A stretch of 64,000 nt of DNA from a virus (Duplodnaviria; Caudoviricetes), in the IMG/VR virus record IMGVR_UViG_3300005617_000232, positions 174 through 64,173 of that record; one strand, 5' to 3'. Of the stretch, positions 60,030-64,000 are shown in pieces. Under the pieces are notes generated by a model. It did no database searches and had not been told where the DNA came from. It worked only from the letters and a program-made list of their open reading frames with translations. Both the position numbers and the translations under genes were made by a program. Positions within the stretch are counted from its first letter, which is position 1. Every line of letters begins with the position of its first letter.

Positions 60030-61159
60030 GCGCGAGATGTCCCTGCGTACCAGCCTCGCTCGAACAGCGACCCGAGCCGGTTGAACCACTCCGCGTAGCG
60101 CGGCCCCACAGCGTCCAGGGAGAAGCGATCGAGCGCCTCCTTACGTACCTTGCTCGGCTTCAGCTGCATGGCCCTCTCCGTGGCTCTCACGCCCTCTGCG
60201 AGGGTCGTGAAGCGAAGCTCGTCGGGAACGGTGTCCACGAACGCTCCGAAGTCGGTGGAGACGGCCGGGGTGCCGCACAGCGGCCCCTCGACGGCGACCG
60301 CGCCGAACGGCTCGATGTAGCACGTCGGCACGAGCAGCGCCCGCGCTTTCCCCATCAGTTCGTTCCGCTCGGCCACGCCGACGGTGCCGACGTAGTGGAC
60401 GTCGCCCTCCAGCCGCGTGCCGTCGTGGCACTCGATCAGCCCCTCGGCCGAGTGAGACACGCCGCTGCCCGCGAAGTAGATCGGCATCTTCAACTCGTGC
60501 GCGATCTCGGCGGCGATCTGCACGCCCTTGCGCGCGATCATCCGGCCGACGAAGCAGAGGTAGTCGTCCTTGTGCTTGTGCAGCGACCACTCCTCGGGCG
60601 CGAAGAAGTTTGGGATGACGGAGTCGAAGAAGCGCCCGGTGGCCTGGCCCCACTTGCCGTACATGAAGTGCCGCCAGGCGTTCGACTCGAAGCAGATGTG
60701 CGGGTGCCGCTCCATGCTGCGGTCCGAGATCATCACGCCGTCGTAGCCCGCCGCCCACTCGACGGTCACGCCCGGCGGCATGGCCTGGTGGATCGGCTTC
60801 ATCGCAAGCCCGCCGGTGAGCAGCACGAGGTCGCCCTGCTCGTAGCGCACCATGATCTCCCCGATCGCCCTGGCGTTGATCGTGCGGTAGCTGAAGTCGG
60901 TCGACGACCAGCTCCCCGCCACGATCGGCAGCATGTTTGCGTCGCCGTCTCCGTACCACTCGTGCATCTCCTCGTCGGAGAACAGCGGCACCAGAGTGGT
61001 GCCGGGCGGGGCGTCTGACCGCTCGCCGCCGTAGAGGACGATCTCCCACCCCAGGGCGGTCATCATGGTCAGGAACTTCGCCGTCTTCGTCGTGAACGCA
61101 CAGACGGTCACGTCGCGCGAAACGTGCGCGTGCGGGAGTGCGACGAGGTGCAGCCTCAC
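60026..61159 (-). CDS. glycosyltransferase GT-B fold (GT4-like)
   Basis: VIPNFF, FVGRMIARKG, PT.YIEPFG.V.VE...CGTP..STDFGAF motifs. Confidence 0.92.
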   Translation of the reverse strand: MRLHLVALPHAHVSRDVTVCAFTTKTAKFLTMMTALGWEIVLYGGERSDAPPGTTLVPLFSDEEMHEWYGDGDANMLPIVAGSWSSTDFSYRTINARAIGEIMVRYEQGDLVLLTGGLAMKPIHQAMPPGVTVEWAAGYDGVMISDRSMERHPHICFESNAWRHFMYGKWGQATGRFFDSVIPNFFAPEEWSLHKHKDDYLCFVGRMIARKGVQIAAEIAHELKMPIYFAGSGVSHSAEGLIECHDGTRLEGDVHYVGTVGVAERNELMGKARALLVPTCYIEPFGAVAVEGPLCGTPAVSTDFGAFVDTVPDELRFTTLAEGVRATERAMQLKPSKVRKEALDRFSLDAVGPRYAEWFNRLGSLFERGWYAGTSRA

Positions 61160-61467
61160 GAGCGCCGGGCGCGCGTGCGGCGGCGGCGTTCCTCCGGAGT
61201 AGGTCCTTCCGGCTTCGGCTCGACCGGCTTCGGCGCGTAGCGGCGATCGTGGTTCTCAAGCGTCCGCTGCTGCCGCTTCAACTGCTTGTCGATGACGTAC
61301 TCGGCCCTGTCCTTCTCGGCCTTCGTCGCCTTGCGCTCGACGCCGGTGCGCTCGTCCACGACCTTCATCTGAGGTCGCCGCGCCTCGTAGATCGCGATGC
61401 GCTTCTCGATGCGCTCCCGTCGCTTCTCAGCGGAGAGCGGCGGCCCGGTGCGGCGCGGGATCATCAT
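61156..61467 (-). CDS. small basic hypothetical protein
   Basis: Arg/Lys-rich; ATGA overlap. Confidence 0.5.
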   Translation of the reverse strand: MMIPRRTGPPLSAEKRRERIEKRIAIYEARRPQMKVVDERTGVERKATKAEKDRAEYVIDKQLKRQQRTLENHDRRYAPKPVEPKPEGPTPEERRRRTRARRS

Positions 61468-62252
61468 GTGCCGAGCACGCTACCCGGCCAGTCGGGATCG
61501 GTGTCGCCTTCGCCCCAGTACGCGATGAGAAGCTGGGGCACGAGGCCCCACCCGCCGCTGGGAATGTCCGGGCCTCCGGGTATCCAGATGTCGTCACCGG
61601 GGCTGCCGCCGTCGACCGCACCCTCGACCTGGCCTGCCTCCAGGTTGATCCCAGTGTTCACGGCCAGCACGATCTCGCACGTCTCGGCCTCGCCCCCCAT
61701 CGTCGAGTCGAAGTCGTCGAACGGGTGCGTGTCCTGGTCGAACTCCACGAATCGCCAGTGATCCAGGCGGATGCCGTACAGGTCGCCGTAGTAGTTCGGC
61801 GATGGCGGCGCCAGGTTGTTGTGGTAGCGGAACTCGCCCTGGCCCTCGTCGTAGTTCGACTTGAACAGGCTCGTGCCGTTGAAGACGGGGTAGACATCGA
61901 CGATGGCGTGGATGGAGTAGAGGCCGCGCTTGAGCAGGCGCACGCCCGCGAGCACCTCTCCCTCGTCGGGATCGTTCGTCTGCCGGTACGGGCCAGCGGG
62001 ACCGCCGACGTCGTACACGGTGTCGTCGAAGCTCGGGTCCCAGTCCGTCCAGTAGACGTTGTCGCCCTCGTCCTCGGCGATGTAGTGCACGCGGTTGGCC
62101 TCCGGGTCCTCGACGTTCGCGATGAGCGCGCGGAAGAAGATCGGGCAGCAACTCTCGCCCACGAGCGGGGGTCGCCGCGCAAGCTGGCGAACTCGGAAGT
62201 CGGTCGCCGCTTGCGCTCGATCGGACGTGACCTCCTGGACGGGCTGCGTCAC
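61464..62252 (-). CDS. minor tail protein
   Basis: TAGTG overlap with the upstream tail gene; FRVRQLARRP motif typical of post-Tal minor tail proteins. Confidence 0.6.
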   Translation of the reverse strand: MTQPVQEVTSDRAQAATDFRVRQLARRPPLVGESCCPIFFRALIANVEDPEANRVHYIAEDEGDNVYWTDWDPSFDDTVYDVGGPAGPYRQTNDPDEGEVLAGVRLLKRGLYSIHAIVDVYPVFNGTSLFKSNYDEGQGEFRYHNNLAPPSPNYYGDLYGIRLDHWRFVEFDQDTHPFDDFDSTMGGEAETCEIVLAVNTGINLEAGQVEGAVDGGSPGDDIWIPGGPDIPSGGWGLVPQLLIAYWGEGDTDPDWPGSVLGT

Positions 62253-64000
62253 TAGAACCCGACCTCGCCGTCGGAACTCACCTGAATCTCGGAGAGCGTC
62301 AGCACCGAGGGCGAACCTTCCCAACTGACGGTGTAGGCGTAGACGCGCTGCGCGCCCGAGAACCCACCGAGCACGTCCGGCGTGGCCTCGATCCCGATCA
62401 GGTCGCCGATGTGGAAGCAGTTGATCTGGGTACCCGGCACCGGCGTGACGTGGATGATGTCACGCGGCATCGCCGAGTACCAGGAGAACACCTGCCACTG
62501 GTAGCGGAACATGTCGCGGCCAGGCGCGCCGAACCCCGGGATGCAGTTGTCGTCGTAGCCGTCGATGATGTCGACCTGCATCCGCACGTCGTAGGCCGAC
62601 TGGCTGTCGAGTCGGCGCTGGCCGAGCGGGTTGCCTCCGCTGCCCGGCGCATCGCCCCCGGAGTACGGCGGGTTCACGTCACCGCCCGGCGGGCGCACCA
62701 GGTTCGGGTCGTCACCGGTGACGTTGAAGCACCAGTGCTGGTCGCCCTTCGGGTCGGCGGCGGTGGTGATGGAGGGACCGCCGAACAGTTGGTACTTGTT
62801 GACCACCTGGGTCATGTCGCGGTTCCAGCGGATCTCGTTCGCGTTGCGTGCCCCCATGCCATAGGAGAACAGCACGTCGCCCGAGCGGTCGGTGCCGTAG
62901 TTGCCGTTGTAGACGTCGATCTGCCCGGTCACTCCCCCGCCCGGGTTGATCGGACTGAGCACGACGTCGACCTGGCCTGTCGAGATGAGCAGGCTGATCA
63001 GTTCGCTGATCTTCATCGGCCAGTCCACCGGCGCGCCGGTCAGGCCCGGGCCTCCACCCGCGAAGCCCCCCATCTGAATCGGTAGCGGCCCCTCGGCCAG
63101 CCCCGGCGGCGGCCCTCCGACGTTGCCGTCGAGCGACACGCGCCCGGTCGAGTCGACCGTGTTGATCAGCACAGCCTCGATGATCTGCGGCCCGGTCACG
63201 TACTGCTCGATGATCCGCGGCTTCGAGAAGTCGCCGTCGTCGTCGCGGACGACGCGGTACTGGAGAAGCTCCAGCGCGTCCTGCGCGTTGTAGACCACGG
63301 TGCCCTCGTCCTTCGCGCTGTTCACCTCGCGGTTGAGGATGCGCCCGTGGAACACGATGCAGGAATCCACACCGTCGGTTACCTCGATGCGCAGGAGGTC
63401 GCCGCAGTCGCCGATGGCGCGATCCATCGGGATCGTGACGGTCGCCTGCGACGGGCGGTTGAACCGTGGCGTCCATCCTCCAGAGCGGCAGACGTTGGTC
63501 ACCTCGGTGCCGCCGATGTAGATGCGGGCGCTCAACTCCCCGGAGTCGGCGCAGCAGCCGATCGGGTCGGGTGGAGGCTCCGCGCCCCCTCCCCCCTCGC
63601 CTCCGAAGAAGTCGGCCTCCTCGCCGCCGCCCGTCACGACAGTCACGAACGTCGGCTCCCACACGAACCACGGCGGGTCGGGGTAGTTGACCGGAGCGTC
63701 TCCGAGCGGGTCTGCGCCGTCGAACGCCCAGCGCCCGGTCACTGTCGCGCCGAGCGAGATCCAGCCGCTCGTCGACCAGGCCAACTCGTCGACGCCGATC
63801 GTGTCGTCCGCCAGCGTGCCGCCTCCGTCACCGACGAAGCTGAACGGGATGCCGTTGACCGACCAGAAGTTGATCCCAGTCGCGGGGAGGAAGGGCGACG
63901 AGATGCCCGAGTAGAGCGTGCCGTCGATCCGCACGTCCCAGGTCGTCGCTCCCGCTACAGCGTGCACCTCGATCTGCGTCCAGTCGTCGAACACCACCGG
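62252..64000 (-). CDS. tail-tip hub (Tal-like) minor tail protein, 5' truncated
   Basis: Frame open at 64000; IVFHGRI..R, GTDRS..V.F.YG, F.IGD.I, QRVY..TV hub-like motifs. Confidence 0.72.
   Translation of the reverse strand, partial: PVVFDDWTQIEVHAVAGATTWDVRIDGTLYSGISSPFLPATGINFWSVNGIPFSFVGDGGGTLADDTIGVDELAWSTSGWISLGATVTGRWAFDGADPLGDAPVNYPDPPWFVWEPTFVTVVTGGGEEADFFGGEGGGGAEPPPDPIGCCADSGELSARIYIGGTEVTNVCRSGGWTPRFNRPSQATVTIPMDRAIGDCGDLLRIEVTDGVDSCIVFHGRILNREVNSAKDEGTVVYNAQDALELLQYRVVRDDDGDFSKPRIIEQYVTGPQIIEAVLINTVDSTGRVSLDGNVGGPPPGLAEGPLPIQMGGFAGGGPGLTGAPVDWPMKISELISLLISTGQVDVVLSPINPGGGVTGQIDVYNGNYGTDRSGDVLFSYGMGARNANEIRWNRDMTQVVNKYQLFGGPSITTAADPKGDQHWCFNVTGDDPNLVRPPGGDVNPPYSGGDAPGSGGNPLGQRRLDSQSAYDVRMQVDIIDGYDDNCIPGFGAPGRDMFRYQWQVFSWYSAMPRDIIHVTPVPGTQINCFHIGDLIGIEATPDVLGGFSGAQRVYAYTVSWEGSPSVLTLSEIQVSSDGEVGF

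Overview
The window is an almost complete genome of a high-GC tailed phage (siphovirus-like). An actinobacterial host is inferred from GC richness, apparent leaderless genes and a head module like that of cluster-B mycobacteriophages. Every credible gene is on the minus strand. The map looks circularly permuted: a tail gene starts at 86 and runs off position 1, and a tail-tip gene enters at 64000. Read in transcription order, the modules are: tail tip, glycosyltransferase (GT) and methyltransferase, a multi-enzyme lysis cassette, early genes, ERF recombinase, replication initiator with iterons, a TGT-like protein with a YhhQ-like transporter, regulators, nucleases, two DNA methyltransferases, terminase, a glycan-modification island with small shuffled ORFs, portal, MuF-protease fusion, capsid hexamer and pentamer, major tail protein, a 1570-aa Thr/Ser-rich collagen fibre with accessory virion genes, adaptor, tail completion, frameshifted chaperone, tape measure and Dit. 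I saw no integrase, DNA polymerase, tRNA or CRISPR array. The main leads are: (1) a 16-bp element GTGCCATGAAGTCCAC in 8 copies, 7 of them exactly 5 nt below a -10 box, whose ATG is usually in frame with the downstream gene; (2) about ten glycan-modifying enzymes paired with a BclA-like G-X-T collagen, suggesting virion glycosylation; (3) a TGT-like gene plus precursor transporter with no biosynthesis genes; (4) recoding signals (-1 shift, candidate +1 shift, CTG starts); (5) exact junction repeats between small genes. All product calls come from motif recognition by eye; no database search was run.
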